Shown piece after piece: positions 16,256 through 30,882 of a DNA stretch of 64,000 nt. The position numbers and the translations under genes were made by a program. Numbering within the stretch: the stretch's first letter is position 1; each line of letters starts with the position of its first letter. The DNA lies in assembly GCF_009914755.1 (NCBI RefSeq), contig NC_060930.1; one strand, 5' to 3'. The DNA is from the human T2T-CHM13v2.0 reference genome, Homo sapiens. The notes below the pieces were generated by a model. The model ran no database searches. It had not been told where the DNA came from and saw only the letters and a list, made by a program, of their open reading frames with translations.

Positions 16256-19200
16256 CTGAAAGAGGTAAAAATTCTACCCTATCTAAAGCACATCTAGGGA
16301 CTGAATTTCAGAAACAACTAAAATAGGGAGTTGACTCCCTAACAAATAACAACTAAGGATGATTTTCAACAAATGCTGTTGGATTTCTGGATTAGCAGAA
16401 TCGGAACACACACACATTATCAGGTAAGAAATACCTCCTTTCTGTTCCGGTATCCACTGATCTAGAACAAATTGAGCTTTATTAGTAATATCCCAGGAAA
16501 TGCTTGGAAAAGAGAAAGGTAGTAACTTTCTTTCTTTAGTATTAAAAATGTGGCATAAGGATGGATGTACAGTTCACCAAATGCAGAAGTTAAAATTCAG
16601 AAGAAGAATAACTGATTTCTCAAGGAAGGTTTGCATTTTGGTAAAAAGAGAAAATATTTCTATAAAAGAAAGGACTTTACCTAAGAAGTTAATACAATAC
16701 CACAAATGGGATTGCCTCAAAAAGAAAGCTAGCTTTTTCCTTTGGCTTGCTAAAAAGAAGAAATGTGTGCAACAGTGCTTATTAATGCTCTTTTGGATGG
16801 TTACAATAATAGAAAAGAAAGAATAACTTTTTAAAAAATGTAACCATATTAGATAAAACTAGGAAAATTACCTAATGTTTAATATACACAAAAACTTAGA
16901 AAAGAAAGGAAATGAATCATAAGTGAAACAGGATTATATCTCGAGTGTGAAGAAAGTTGGAGGATGATAAGATAGGAGAAGAAGGTAACTGATTCCAAGT
17001 CTACTTTAAAACAATTCAAAAACAAGAAAGAATATAACTATTTCTCCAGATTACCATAAGGGCACCAGGAGCCATACAGCTAGGCATTTGCCAAAAATGA
17101 AAGACTATAAGTACAAATTCAGGATTCAAGTCTTTATTTTTCAGTGTTTTCCTAGGCAAATAAAAAAAAAAGTTACATGAACTGTTATAAATAAGCAACC
17201 ACATGAACAAAGTACACCTCTAAATAGACTTTTATATCAAAAACTAAAAATTAGGGGATTGAAACTGCCTTAGCCATGTGTTGTTAAATGATTTTTTTTT
17301 AACTCAGTTCACTCAAAATTTCACAGAAGCCAAGAGAGAGAACAAAAAAGCAACTACTTTATAAATCTACTCTAATAAATGTTTCCAGAAGTATAATTAC
17401 AAGTCTAAGATTACAATTTGAAGTAGAGTGGAGACTTGAAAGTAGTCCAATTTAGCAATTTCAAAGGAAATCTGATAAATGTTCCTAAGCATGGTATCCT
17501 TCATGTGTTGTTTAAACAAACATTTTTTCTTTTTGGGGGTGAGGGTTGCGGGGCAAGTAGGACTGATCAACCCTTGACCCTATTATTTATCAATGTTGCC
17601 ACATTTACAGTTAGTAGATCTCTAAAATAATCTTGGGGACAGTTGAAGCTTATAAAGCTCTAAAAGAGCAAAGAAAAAATAGCAATCATATTTAAGATGC
17701 CTGTGTGTCCTATATAACACATTTCATTGTGAATATGGCAAGACAGTATTAATTTTCTTGGTATAAGGCATCTGTTTAACTCCAAAGTGACTTTTATATG
17801 GAGAAAATGAAAGTATATTTCAATCATATCAGAAAAAAGAAAAGGATATTATTTGGATTAACCATTTGTTTACTAAAGGAGGCATTAAAAGAATCTGCTT
17901 TACTCATGAACCAGTTAGAAAAGGTGCCTCTAACTTCATCAATTAAAAGACCAACTCTCTATTTATTAATAGATCCTCAGACAATAAACACCCATATCTA
18001 TAAACTGCAGACTAGGTTTTCCAGACCAGGCTTCCAAACAGTTGATGATATAAAACAGGAAAATATTTTACTTTCTCTATATTAACTAAAAATAGCCTAA
18101 CTGGTTTTAAAATGTATGGTACGATTAAGTAAGCCAATCAAAAGAAAAGAATTTTATCTTTTTAAACAAGGGTCAAAGTATTTATGAGTAAGAATTCTCA
18201 AAGACAAAATTTTAAATGAAGGCACTATTTGAATATTCACATCTACTAGAAAGCAGTAAGGTTTATCTTCAAAAACGAAAAGAAAATACCCTCTCTCACC
18301 AAATGAAAGGTATATAAGCCTATCATAAAATTAAATGCACTGCGTATCAAGAAAATGTGTCAACATAAAATTTAATACTACATATAGCTTATGCTAGCTA
18401 GCACTTACTGCAGTTGTAGTAAAATAATTAGAAATAGAGTGAAACTAATAAGTAATGAGAAATTATCAAAATAAGTGCATTTTAGATGAACTATTCCTCT
18501 AATAAAATCAAGTATGCTTGTTATGCATTCTTTTGGATATATAGAAATAAAGACCACATAAAGCTCATAGACATTAAATATCAATAAGGTTTAGCTGAGA
18601 TAATCTATGAGACAGTATTTACCAGTAACTGTGAAAACTTCAAAAAGAATAAGAGGAGTAAAAAGAAAATAAAAGTATATTCAGCAATTATTGTATTTTG
18701 TTTTATTTTTAAAAGGAGGAGATGGGAGGATCAGATGTGTTAAAATAATGACTCCCTTATTTGAAAATTCTCATACTGACTAAAGAATTCTATAAATACT
18801 ACCAATAAATGAGTAGTATAAACTTGTTAGGCATTTAGAGATTTATACTAAACTTTAAAGAAATTAAATGATACAAAAACTTATGAGCTAAGAGCTCTGA
18901 TGAGGACTCATTAAGGAAAGAATACTAATACCTTTTTTGAGGGAAGGTACTATACACAACTAACATAATTTTCCTGAAGCAGAAAGATGAATGATTAGAC
19001 AGAGGAATGAGGTCGAAGACCCAAGACATCTCTCCATCAGTAATAGGTAAATCACCTAATCTCTGTGGAATGATGGAGATAAATGATCACTAGAATCCAG
19101 TTCTAAAATCCTACCATCTGAGGTTCTGAAAGGTATGTTGAAAAAAACTGGACAAATCTGGAGATGAAGTATATTAAAAGCAGAATGCATACTAAAATTC

Positions 19201-19632
19201 AGGATCTCAATTATATCAATCATGAAGAATATACAGAGAGTGAATATGAGAAGTATATGCTTCTAGAAAACCTTAACACAAAGTAGGAAGGTTAAAAAAT
19301 ATGGGCTATCTTAGGCAGAACCATCCTCTTCTAGAGTTATTTCAATTCTATTAGCAGGGTCAGTATGTCTTGTTCTTTTTTTTTTTTTTTTTTTAAGCAC
19401 ACCGTTCATTAGAAGAAAGCATCTTACCTAGGAAATACTCCAAAATTTTAAATTATGTATGCAACTTTTAAAATACCCTAAAATAATCTTATGAAATGGA
19501 CTCATATACCAAGAATGAAAAGAGGTGATAAATGGAATTTATGCTAAGAATAACCCTTAAGAAGTCCTTCCTTATGTATTAAAAAAACTTTTAGATTAGA
19601 GCTTGCCAACCTAGGGAAAAATATGTAAACTA

Positions 19633-19922
<290 letters not shown>

Positions 19923-20289
19923 TCCAAATTCCAACAGTTCAGGTGTTATCAAATTACTTTAAAATAGTTATTGCATGGCTGTTTTAATCTTGAAAATTCT
20001 TTAACTTATGCCAACATAAAAAAGGAAACTGCTGGACCTGACTTGATAAAAATCAGTAGATCAGATTATTACATAAAATGAAAAAAAAATTATTATATAA
20101 AAGTGATTCTGAAAAATCAGCTCTAGATTTTCATCAAAAGAAAAATATTACCAAAATAAATATCTTCAAATTTAACATCATTTTGTACCCATATTATGAT
20201 TTCTCTGGGGAGAGCAATACTATTGATTAGGCCTTCCTTGAGGCTTATTTTCTTTTGGTCTTTTTGGCATATTAGCATGGTGTGTCTTC

Positions 20290-21378
20290 CTTGACACACC
20301 CTCTAAGGATTGTGACCCCTTTTCCATTCTGCTAAATATATGAGTATTTCCCAAAGTTTACTTCTAAGCCTTCTGCACTTCCTTCTCCTGTCTCCACGAG
20401 AAAGTAAACTATATACTATAAGAAACACTTCAACACTTTCTTCTTTTTACTCCTAGCCCCTCTAAGTAGTCTATCTCCAAGTGCCAGCTGGCCATTTCCA
20501 CATAGGTAGTTCAACGCAATAAACATTATTACAAATGAACTGAATAAAGAAGTCAGTTCTCCCTTATGTCTTTCATATTTCCACTAATAAAACCATTGTT
20601 CTCAAGGTCACCCGGGCTTAACACTCTATAAACCCATTTATTAAATCTTTCCTCCCTGTCATCCTATAGCCCAAATCCTAATATAGTCACAAAACACCAA
20701 GTCATTTATGTATTTTTTTCTTTACAAATTTCCTACCAACTACCCCTATAATATTTCATGACTAATTAAAGTAGTTGTCCTCACACTTATTCAATGTCAT
20801 ACCTGAAATTGTACTACTGGCAACCAAACTATTTTTCTCTTAGCTTCTCGACCATCCTATAAAATAATTTACTAAAGCCCCCACAAGGTTCATAGGTATT
20901 TATGCCTATGAGATCATTTGAAGTCACTGACAGTTCATCTCAATTTGTTTTTCGTCATTATTTCCAAAATCTACTGCAATCAAGCTTCCTAAATATCTAA
21001 ATTTCTATGAACATGTCTTGACACTTAGCTTTTTATAATGTTCCTCTTGTTTATAAAATTCATTCTCTTTCTTACTGACTCGATTCCTATTTATCTTTCA
21101 AGGCATAGTTTCAATTCCTTCTCCTCAACAAAACGTCTCCAATCGTCCACCCTGACAATGATCTCTACATCTTAAGATACAGCAACTGTCTTTTCTCATT
21201 TGTCATGCTACTGTTTGAAATTATTTATCAATATTTATCCCTTAAGGTATATTTTGTATATTTTGTCTCCCCAACTTAACTGTAGGCTGACTAAAAAGAC
21301 CACGTCTTATTCTCCCTTGTGGTCCTCATATTTTGTGCTTAACACAAAAGAAAACACTCAAATATTTGTTAAAATGTT
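20290..21378 (+). mobile_element. Diverged L2 fragments
   Basis: CT-rich L2-like stretches ending tgcttaacacaaaagaaaacactcaaatatttgttaaaatg. Confidence 0.45.
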
Positions 21379-21774
21379 TTCATCTGCATGTTTAAATTCT
21401 GTATAATTTCATATACCTTCTCATATAACTATCAAATCTCAAATACCCTTGTGATAGCAAGTCATGGACTATGTCAAAGAATTACTACATAAAAGTAATT
21501 TACCACATATAATGCAGTGTGAGAAGCTGGAGAGACAAACTCACATTCATGGCAACAGATTAACATGCCTTTTGTACCAAGATATATATATATAAGAGAG
21601 ATATAATCTAAAGAATCTTAAAAGCTGAAAGAAAGTGATAATTACTAAAGTGTATGGTAAGAAGACCGAAAGTACTTCCTTACCCAAAGAAGCTGAAACA
21701 TAGACTGGAAGCATCAGAGAGTCCTTTTAACACAGAGAGTATAAATATAGGACATTATCTTGTTAGATGATGAT

Positions 21775-21870
21775 AGGAAGAAAGAAGGAAGGAAAGAAGG
21801 GAGGAAGGGAGGGAGGGAGAAAGGGAGGGTTGGGTGAGGGAGAAAAGAAAAGAAAGAGAAAGAGAGAGAC
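21775..21870. repeat. Purine-rich (GGAA/GGGA/GA)n low-complexity tract
   Basis: ggaagaaagaaggaaggaaagaagggaggaagggagggaggg...gagagagac. Confidence 0.9.
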
Positions 21871-24769
21871 TCTTCTCCTGATTAATAAGAGATAACACAA
21901 TATGAGCTGTACCTATTTTGAGCTTCTCTTTCTCCCTTTCCTAGATACATACAGCTACAATTATCTAAAACTAAAGTACAGGTCACACTGAGAACATGTT
22001 AACATCAGAAGAAGTATGCATGTACAAAAATTCTGGGTGGTAGATTGGCAGCCTCTGCTCGTTTGGAACGTTGCAAGGAGAAATATATTGTTCTGGATTA
22101 GTGGACACTGGAACTTTTTTTTTTTAAAAAAATCTCTTAAGTAAAAGAAAGGTTAAGAGAACAATTATAAAAATAAGGAAAACTTTAATCAAATAAAAAC
22201 TTATTTGGAATTTACCCATGAAACAACAAAAGTAAAGCAAAAATCAAATTCAGTAAAACTGCTTTCTATTAAGAGACATACTATACTCTTTGATTAAAAT
22301 GAAAACCAGACAGGAGGCAACAAACTACAGCTTTGAGTAATGACAGAAATAGAAAGATATGGAAAGAGAGATAGAGACACAGCTAGGGCTATAGAGAAAA
22401 GAAAGAGTAAGAGAAATAAAGCAAAACCGCCAGAAACATGAGGAAAGCTACTAAAAACATGGGGTCTACAAATTCAACTCCAAGCATCTCTTATTTACTA
22501 TTTAATATTCAAATGGCCTAGTACTAAGAAATGTGAAAAGTCTCTATCTTTTCAAATTAATTTAATATTCATTTAGTTAAACTCGTAGTTAAAACTTAGC
22601 TGTCCGGTGCTAATTTAATGGGGAATAAAAGACCATAAAACAATTTATATTTAGGAACATTTAAGGTTATAATTAACTTCTAAACCTGGCGACCTCTTTC
22701 ACAGAAGGCCCTCAGCTTCAGTCCTGAGAGTTGCACACATTTTCAAGCTATTTCTGGGAATTATTTATCTGCCTTTTAGCATTTAATGGGAGTATAGAGC
22801 CTTTAGAGTTTAGAACAACTCTCATCAAAACAAAGCTATTCTGATGTTTACCTCCTGCCAATGCCAAACAAAAGTGGGCTTACTAAGTTATACCCAACTA
22901 TTATAGTTTGGAATATTCTTAATATACACTACTTGCTTCAGTAAAATATCCAAATATATACTACATTTCCTCTGAATACTCAAGTTATGTAAGGACTGTT
23001 CAGTTGATTCGTAAAGAAATAAAAGTACTGAAGGCCTAGAATGTAGTTTGTTTGTTTTTAAAGAATAAAGTTGTCTCATAATATTTTCTACAAAATTCTC
23101 TTTGGTTTCTTCTCCTGTTCACTTAAAAAAGAAAAACAACAACAACAAAAAGAACCACAAAGGCTTTCCCAATAAGTGCTTTTAAAAGTTTTTAGTTAAA
23201 GATGAGACAACAGAAAGGGTAGGGGGAGTACAAGCTACATATACTGTCTATTCCATTTCATGCCCTATGTTAGCCTCTTTTAAAACATCATCTCACGTGT
23301 CATATACTTCTTATAAGTAACAAAAACAAACCCAGCACCCACTCCCCAACTGCTTTTATCATTGAGATCCTCTATTAGGAGGAAAGTTAGCAGTAAAAAC
23401 AAGAAAAATAAACCCCTCAGTTTCTCTGGAGAATACTACTTGAAAGTTGAGAATCCATTTATAAGATTTCAGAATGAAGTAAATTATTTAAACATAAAAG
23501 AACTAAATAGCTTTATCTCAATTCCCAATCTCAAACTCTTTAATTTGCTGACAAATTTAGATGGTCCCAAAATAAAGCACAAGAAATTTTTAAAAGTATA
23601 AGTCATGGCTTGATACAGAAAAAAATTAGAATACTTATTACAATGATGACTATCAGTGCAATATTAAAATATTAATGTTTTATAATCTTATATTTAAAAA
23701 TTATTAAAATGTAATTACTATGTATCAAACAGGCATTTGAAAGTTCACCTTTTCACTTGAAAGGCTTTTTAACATAACAGGATTTTTGGCTATTTCTAAA
23801 ATTTCAAAAAAAGAATTTACATTTCCATAATTACACAAAAAATGCAGTAAAATGCTGATGAATACAAAATACTAAATTATATGTTACATGATTTCCATTA
23901 TCTTTTGCAAAGGTATAAATTTCCAATGGAAAATTCAATTATTATTCAAAAAGCAGGAGAAATATTAAAGTATTCTTAAAATATACTTGATAAAAACCAG
24001 TATTTAAGAAATTTGTACTAAAACTGTTATTCTAAAGGTATAGTCTACATTCCTTATTTTCTAGCTGTAGGTGGAATGGTGAGTTTACTTATCTGTTTTA
24101 TAAACTTCAGTTTTAACAGTCACATGAAATATTATTTAATCTTAAAAATACTTCACATAACTTTCACCATTTCTAGTCAAAAAAGGAGTATTCCACCAGA
24201 ATTCTTCATCCTCTAATAGACCAAAGCACTATATATGACTAGACCCTTCACATGGTGCTCAAAAAATATTTACTAAACTGAACTTGTGATTACTACTACA
24301 ACTTAACATTAGGGATTAAATTTGTATGCAATCAAGTATCGTGGTATTTTAGTAACTGAAAAACTTATTGATTAGCTACAGAGAGCCAAATAGCTATAAT
24401 TATAGCCAAAACTCAACATTCATGATAGCAAGCAGTGAGAACGCAGGCCCTCCCTCGAATTGTTTCTCTTTATTTTCTTAATAGCAATGCTGGATGCTTT
24501 ATCTTCCATTTGCCCATAAATAAAACAAGCAATGAAAAGAACAAAAGAGTGAAGAGCAAAAAGAATTAGGGCAATTAGATAACTCATAAAAGACAGACAG
24601 GAAAAAAAATCAAGTTAAAGAGTAAGATGTCAAAAGATCCACTCGGATTTATTACCATTATGAAAACATTTCTTCATGGACATATCACTAACTGAGTATT
24701 GTTAAAAGTTAGCTATGCAGTAACATTGACAAAAGCTCAAAAAGCCAACCATGACAAGATTTGAGTACA

Positions 24770-24975
24770 ACCAGAGTCATGGGTTTATGCTCCAAGTGCC
24801 CGCATAATAGCTGTGTGAACTCAGTAAATTGGGGCAAAGCACTTTATCTCTGTAATGTACAGTTTCTCCATTCCTAAGACCAAGAATAATAAAATCTATC
24901 TTGATCATCTTACAAGGTTTTCATGAGACCCAAAGGAGGTAAAATATGTGGGAGCATTTTGGAAACCATTAAACA
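24770..24975 (+). mobile_element. MIR
   Basis: atagctgtgtgaac...ggggcaaagcactttatctctg...cagtttctccatt...aaggttttcatgagac. Confidence 0.6.
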
Positions 24976-26696
24976 TCATACAAAAAATTAAAGGTAGTAT
25001 CTTTATTTTAATGAGATGAAGGGTGGCTCACTTTCTGTTTTTTAGCTTTTTTGGTTTATGTTTTGCTCACTGTCTGCAATTCTATGAATACTATCCAATT
25101 CAACTTATTACATGTATTTGTTTCTTCTGCTCTTTAGAGTTTTCCTATCTCTTATCCATAAAAAGAACCAGAAAAATATCCTCATCTAACACTCTTATTT
25201 AACAATAAACAATTTTTAAGGCAGTAATGTAACCAATCCCTCAGCTAATTTTTAAAAATATACAATATATTATGGCTGACTTCTACTCCTGGTTACATTA
25301 CTAATTTTTAATGGTCTAAGAGCAAATCACTTAACTCTCAAGGTGCTGCAGTTTTTGTTATCTACTGAAAAGGTAGAATATTAGTGTGACCAACTTACCT
25401 GATAAGGGAAAATTCACCTTTATATAACTGAAAAGTTAAAGCGGTATTCAATTATGGGAGAAAAGTTTCCCTCCAAACACTCTACCAATATAATAATGTC
25501 CTTTGGAAATACAAAACTACTAAATGAAGCCACTAGTATATATATAGCTCACATATTATTTTTTTTAAGCTATAAAGACAGATTGAGAAATGACTAATTT
25601 CCTTATTCAACAGATATTCCAAAAAGGAGCAAATCAGAAACACAAGGATAGAAAAGAAGAAAATATTTTTTACTAGCATATTTACAGGTGGCTTTTTAAA
25701 AAAATCTCAATACAATCACAAAGGAAATCCATCCATCACTAACAAGTGCACACCAAATAAACAACACTGTTTTCTAGAAATAGAGGGTTTTACAAACCTT
25801 ATTTCTTACCTAATGTATTCTAAGGCACAGCCTTAAAGATAGCTAAAGCTATTTCCCTCACTAAAAAATCTGCTATTATATCTGCTTACTCACGACATAG
25901 AAATAACTTTACTCTGATTATCAATCAAGCATAGCATCACATTCGTGTAATTTTTTCACAAACCATGTTTCACAACTGTTTTGTGAAATAATTTATTTGG
26001 CAAAATAATTCTGACCACATGTACTAATTGTATTGTTTTATGGTTCATTACTAAAGATTTCTATAATTGGTTTTTTAAAAAAATTTAAACATGCTGAAAT
26101 AGTGGAAACTGTTTTTTCTTTTGTTCTTTGTTGAAAGGTATCTCTAATATACAGAAAGTAGACATTTAAAAAATATGACTACACAAACTGCAGTAGTTGA
26201 GGAGACCTTAATACTTCATACAGTAAATAGAAACACTGCTCGGTAAGTTGTATGTGATATATTAAAACATTGTAATTCAAATACTTGGCCAATTATGTTA
26301 ACATCTAAGAAACAAAATGTGAAGAGAAGAGTATAAACTCAAATATTTAATATACTACCAATTGATTAAAAGCAAGAAATGCTTGATTCTTTGGCCTTAA
26401 TTTTAAAATCAGTGTACTTGAGTAAAATTCTATTATGCTAGAAGACTATTAAACAAGTACAATAATACGAGTATTTATTTATAATTTCTTCACATGGTTT
26501 TCCAAGTATTTTTTCTTCTCTATATTGTATCTTCATACTTGTGAATTTCCAAAGTTTCACTGCTAAAACTGATAAAACTGTATCAGTTATCACAATGTAC
26601 AGGCACTGTAATATGCACAATTAATTTTCTTTTAAATTCAGCATGTCAATAAAAGTGTGGAATAAATCATTCTTTATTGATGGGAATTTAAAGTCA

Positions 26697-26966
<270 letters not shown>

Positions 26967-27322
26967 TCATAGATATTAAAAAAGAAAGAAAAACAAACAT
27001 AATGAAATACCAATATGGCACTATTTCTAGAAATGGAGTTTTAAGAAGTATTAAATTGGCAAAAATCTTCAAATTTGTCATGTATATATAATAATGAAAC
27101 TGAGCTAATATCATTGTCCAGGGCTTGGTGGATGGATCTTTTCATATTAAAAAAACAGCAAATATCTACTATATATTTCCAAGCCAAACCTGTTTAACTG
27201 CACTGTTAAAATTATTCCCAATCACTCACAAAGCCGTTACCCCAGCAAGCAAGAGTTTTTAGCTAACATAAAAGACTTTATTCCTCAATGAGAATGTTTC
27301 ATTCTATAGTCAGCTTCAGTTA

Positions 27323-27574
<252 letters not shown>

Positions 27575-28265
27575 CTATAATTAGTATTTATATTCACTAA
27601 CATAATAACTATCACTTAACAGTAACTGAGAAGTTTGAATCAACATGGAATGATGGTAAAAATCCCTGCACTGAGTCAGGAAATCCAGGATTTCCAGAAT
27701 TCTAGCACTTCTAAGCCATTAGTAAGATGATCTTGCATAAATATCACTGCTATAACTCTATCTAGATCCAGGAATTCTGTGCCATGCTGCTCACTCTCCA
27801 TCTTTTACTGTTGCTGTCATCCCCTGCTGACTGTTCTGCTTTCCCATCCATCTGAGATGACTACACACAAATACAAGTGGAGAAAAATATTAAAACCAAA
27901 ATAACAGCTACAACACGCAGTTTAATTTATCTTGGCTTGAAGAAACCATTGGACATAAAATATTGTCCCTCTGTGATAAACGAAACATAATATGTTCTGG
28001 TTTCTGAAAAAAATATTTAAAGTTAAAACTTTTCTTACAGTACTTTTATCATCTCCTTAAAAAAATTAATGCAATGTCCTGAAATATGCCAATGAATCAT
28101 TTCATAAAAATCAACACTGCTCATCTCCAATTGTACCTCTAGTTATCGCAGAAAAGTAGTAATTTTAACATGATATATAATTTTATAGGCTGAGAGTCAC
28201 CAACCTGCACTATAACATACTTTAAAAAATCAATATATACATAATATTTCAAATTTGACCTCTTA

Positions 28266-28370
<105 letters not shown>

Positions 28371-29068
28371 TTAAAAGGAATCCGATCCCCCAAAGAAAAA
28401 TCATACATGCTTTACCAAAATGCACTTTTCCCAGAGATCTTGTTTAAAAAGACAGCATTCATCTTTATTTATGCAGCATTCTAATAACTTCTGAAACTTT
28501 ATGGGCTTTTTAGAATTTTATATGCAAACATTCCAATTTTCATGGCTAGGTCACAAAATAACATTTTCAAAAGTGATTCAAGGTCACTATGTACTACCCT
28601 AGAAATAAAATCGACATTTTCCAAGGAAAAAACAATGATTTTCTTCTCAATATTAAAGAATCTGACTTATTCTACTCAAGGTATTAGAAGTAGCTTTATT
28701 TCCTTTTATAACAAGAACATGGGAAAATTTATACAATATCATCAATAAACAGGTCTGCCTTAAATATTATACTGTGATACATTTTCAATCTATACCAAAA
28801 GCTTCTCTACATTTTGAAACATATCTGGAATATATAGGGTGATTTAAAAAGCAGTAATTACTAAAAGTGTCCAAGTATACTAACATTATTACAAATAAGA
28901 GAAAGACGTGCCTATGCATGTGAAGGCTATATTCACTTTTAAGTATAACTGGTCAAGATCTTTTAGGTAGGTGATTATTTCCTATACAGCTTCAAATAAA
29001 ATCTGATGACTAAAATTGTCTTTATTTCATAATTTTAAAATTAGAATTAAATTAGACAAATATTTTAC

Positions 29069-29109
29069 CTGTTACTAGTGTTGGAAAACTGGATACTGTC
29101 AACTTTGTC
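29069..29109 (-). CDS. PHIP: PHIP coding exon (~exon 12), 41 bp, DKVDSIQFSNTSN(R); preceded by a 96-bp intron
   Basis: Acceptor tttatatatag, donor AG|gtaaaa; needed to keep the frame between its neighbours. Confidence 0.95.
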
Positions 29110-29184
29110 CTATATATAAACAAATAAACAAAAAAGTGGGTGCTGAATATAAACTCTTGGACTCACATAAATTATACTCATCTA

Positions 29185-29328
<144 letters not shown>

Positions 29329-30811
29329 TTAAGAAGTAAAACATAACTTCAAAATCTCTGAAAATTAGATAATAAAATGTAAGCAAAATTACAGTATATA
29401 CTGAATTAATATTTTACTCCAAAACCATTCACATTTATCCTAAATATATAACACATCTAACTGGAATTTAAGAAAGAAGTTTATGAATATATCTGACTAG
29501 AATGAATTTTTCAATATTTATAGAAGTAAAGCTTTGCTCAAAAAATAATTTCACTAAGTGAATATATAACCATACCATGTTAAAATTATCAGTCACCTTC
29601 ACTAGAAAATATTTCTCTCGCAATTCTGCTGAAATTTTTCTGTTGTCTCATTTCCCATGTGTCAAAATCTTATCAAACTTTTAAGGCCCAACTCCCTCAG
29701 TAACTTTTCTTTACAAACTTTGCAATTAAATGAGGCTGCTCTCTTCAGAACTCCCCTAAGACTTTGTTTTGTAGCATATTCATTCTACCTTGCATTACAG
29801 TTATTTGTATATGCAGTGTACTCAAGAGTAACACTCTTCCACAGTATTGAAAACAATACCTGTATATAATAAAATATTTAAGTACTTTTGCTAAATGATC
29901 TACCCACTAACCCCTTAAAAAAATCAAATTGTCCTTGAAAAAGGAGTAAAAATTCAGAGTATTCTGGATGCATGTATGATGCCTATATTTGTATGACTAC
30001 TACAAGGAATACTGAATCCATGGCAGTGGCACTGAACATCTAGAAGTTAGAAAATGAACATGTTTGGATATTAGTATGGCAAAGACAGACTCACTTCATT
30101 AGTTTGCTATCCCTTATCTCAGGTAATACTCCTATCCACAATTATAAAATGAGCGGAAAAAGTAAAACTGAAAATAAAGGTAGGAGGAACAGGTATTAGA
30201 CACTATTTGGATCTACTCATGTTTCATTTAATTTTCTTATCAATTTACTACAAATAACCAGATTTTTTTTATAACTTGTTTAAAAATACCCTAACATCCA
30301 TTCAAAATGCTGCTGCATAAACACAAATCTGAATTGGAATCTTAGCACTGCTATACAATCACTTTTTAAAGTGCAAATAAGAACAATATGTAGCGAATTA
30401 ACTGATAAAGATGTACAAATATGAATCAAATTTATTTTACTTAACTATAGAATACCTTCAAAATCCATGAAAACATAAACCAGATTTAAAATACCATTCT
30501 TACAATGAAACAACTATTTAAACATTCATTCTTTAACAGGGTCGATTTTGAAACTATTTATTCTCTCCTACTAGAACATTATAGTCTTCTTAAAGAAAAA
30601 CAGTCATGTGATTATATAAACTAAACTCTTGCATAAATGAAATATTTCTAAGTTAGTTTATAATAATTCTCAGTTACTTATTAGCTCTGGCATATGTATA
30701 AGAACATGATTGATAATACAACAGTAAATATTTTCCTAAATATTACACACTCCACTATAAGGCTTCTAAATGAACAACTTTAAGTCGAAAATTAGAATGA
30801 GGGAAACTTAC

Positions 30812-30882
30812 CAGCACTAAAAGAAGAACAGATCATTTGAACTCCAGGCCGAGGGCGCTCTGTAAATTTTGCAGGTCTTGGG
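30812..30882 (-). CDS. PHIP: PHIP coding exon (~exon 10), 71 bp, [23 protein letters not shown](G)
   Basis: Acceptor tattacag, donor G|gtaagt; matches ORF 30792..30974. Confidence 0.96.
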
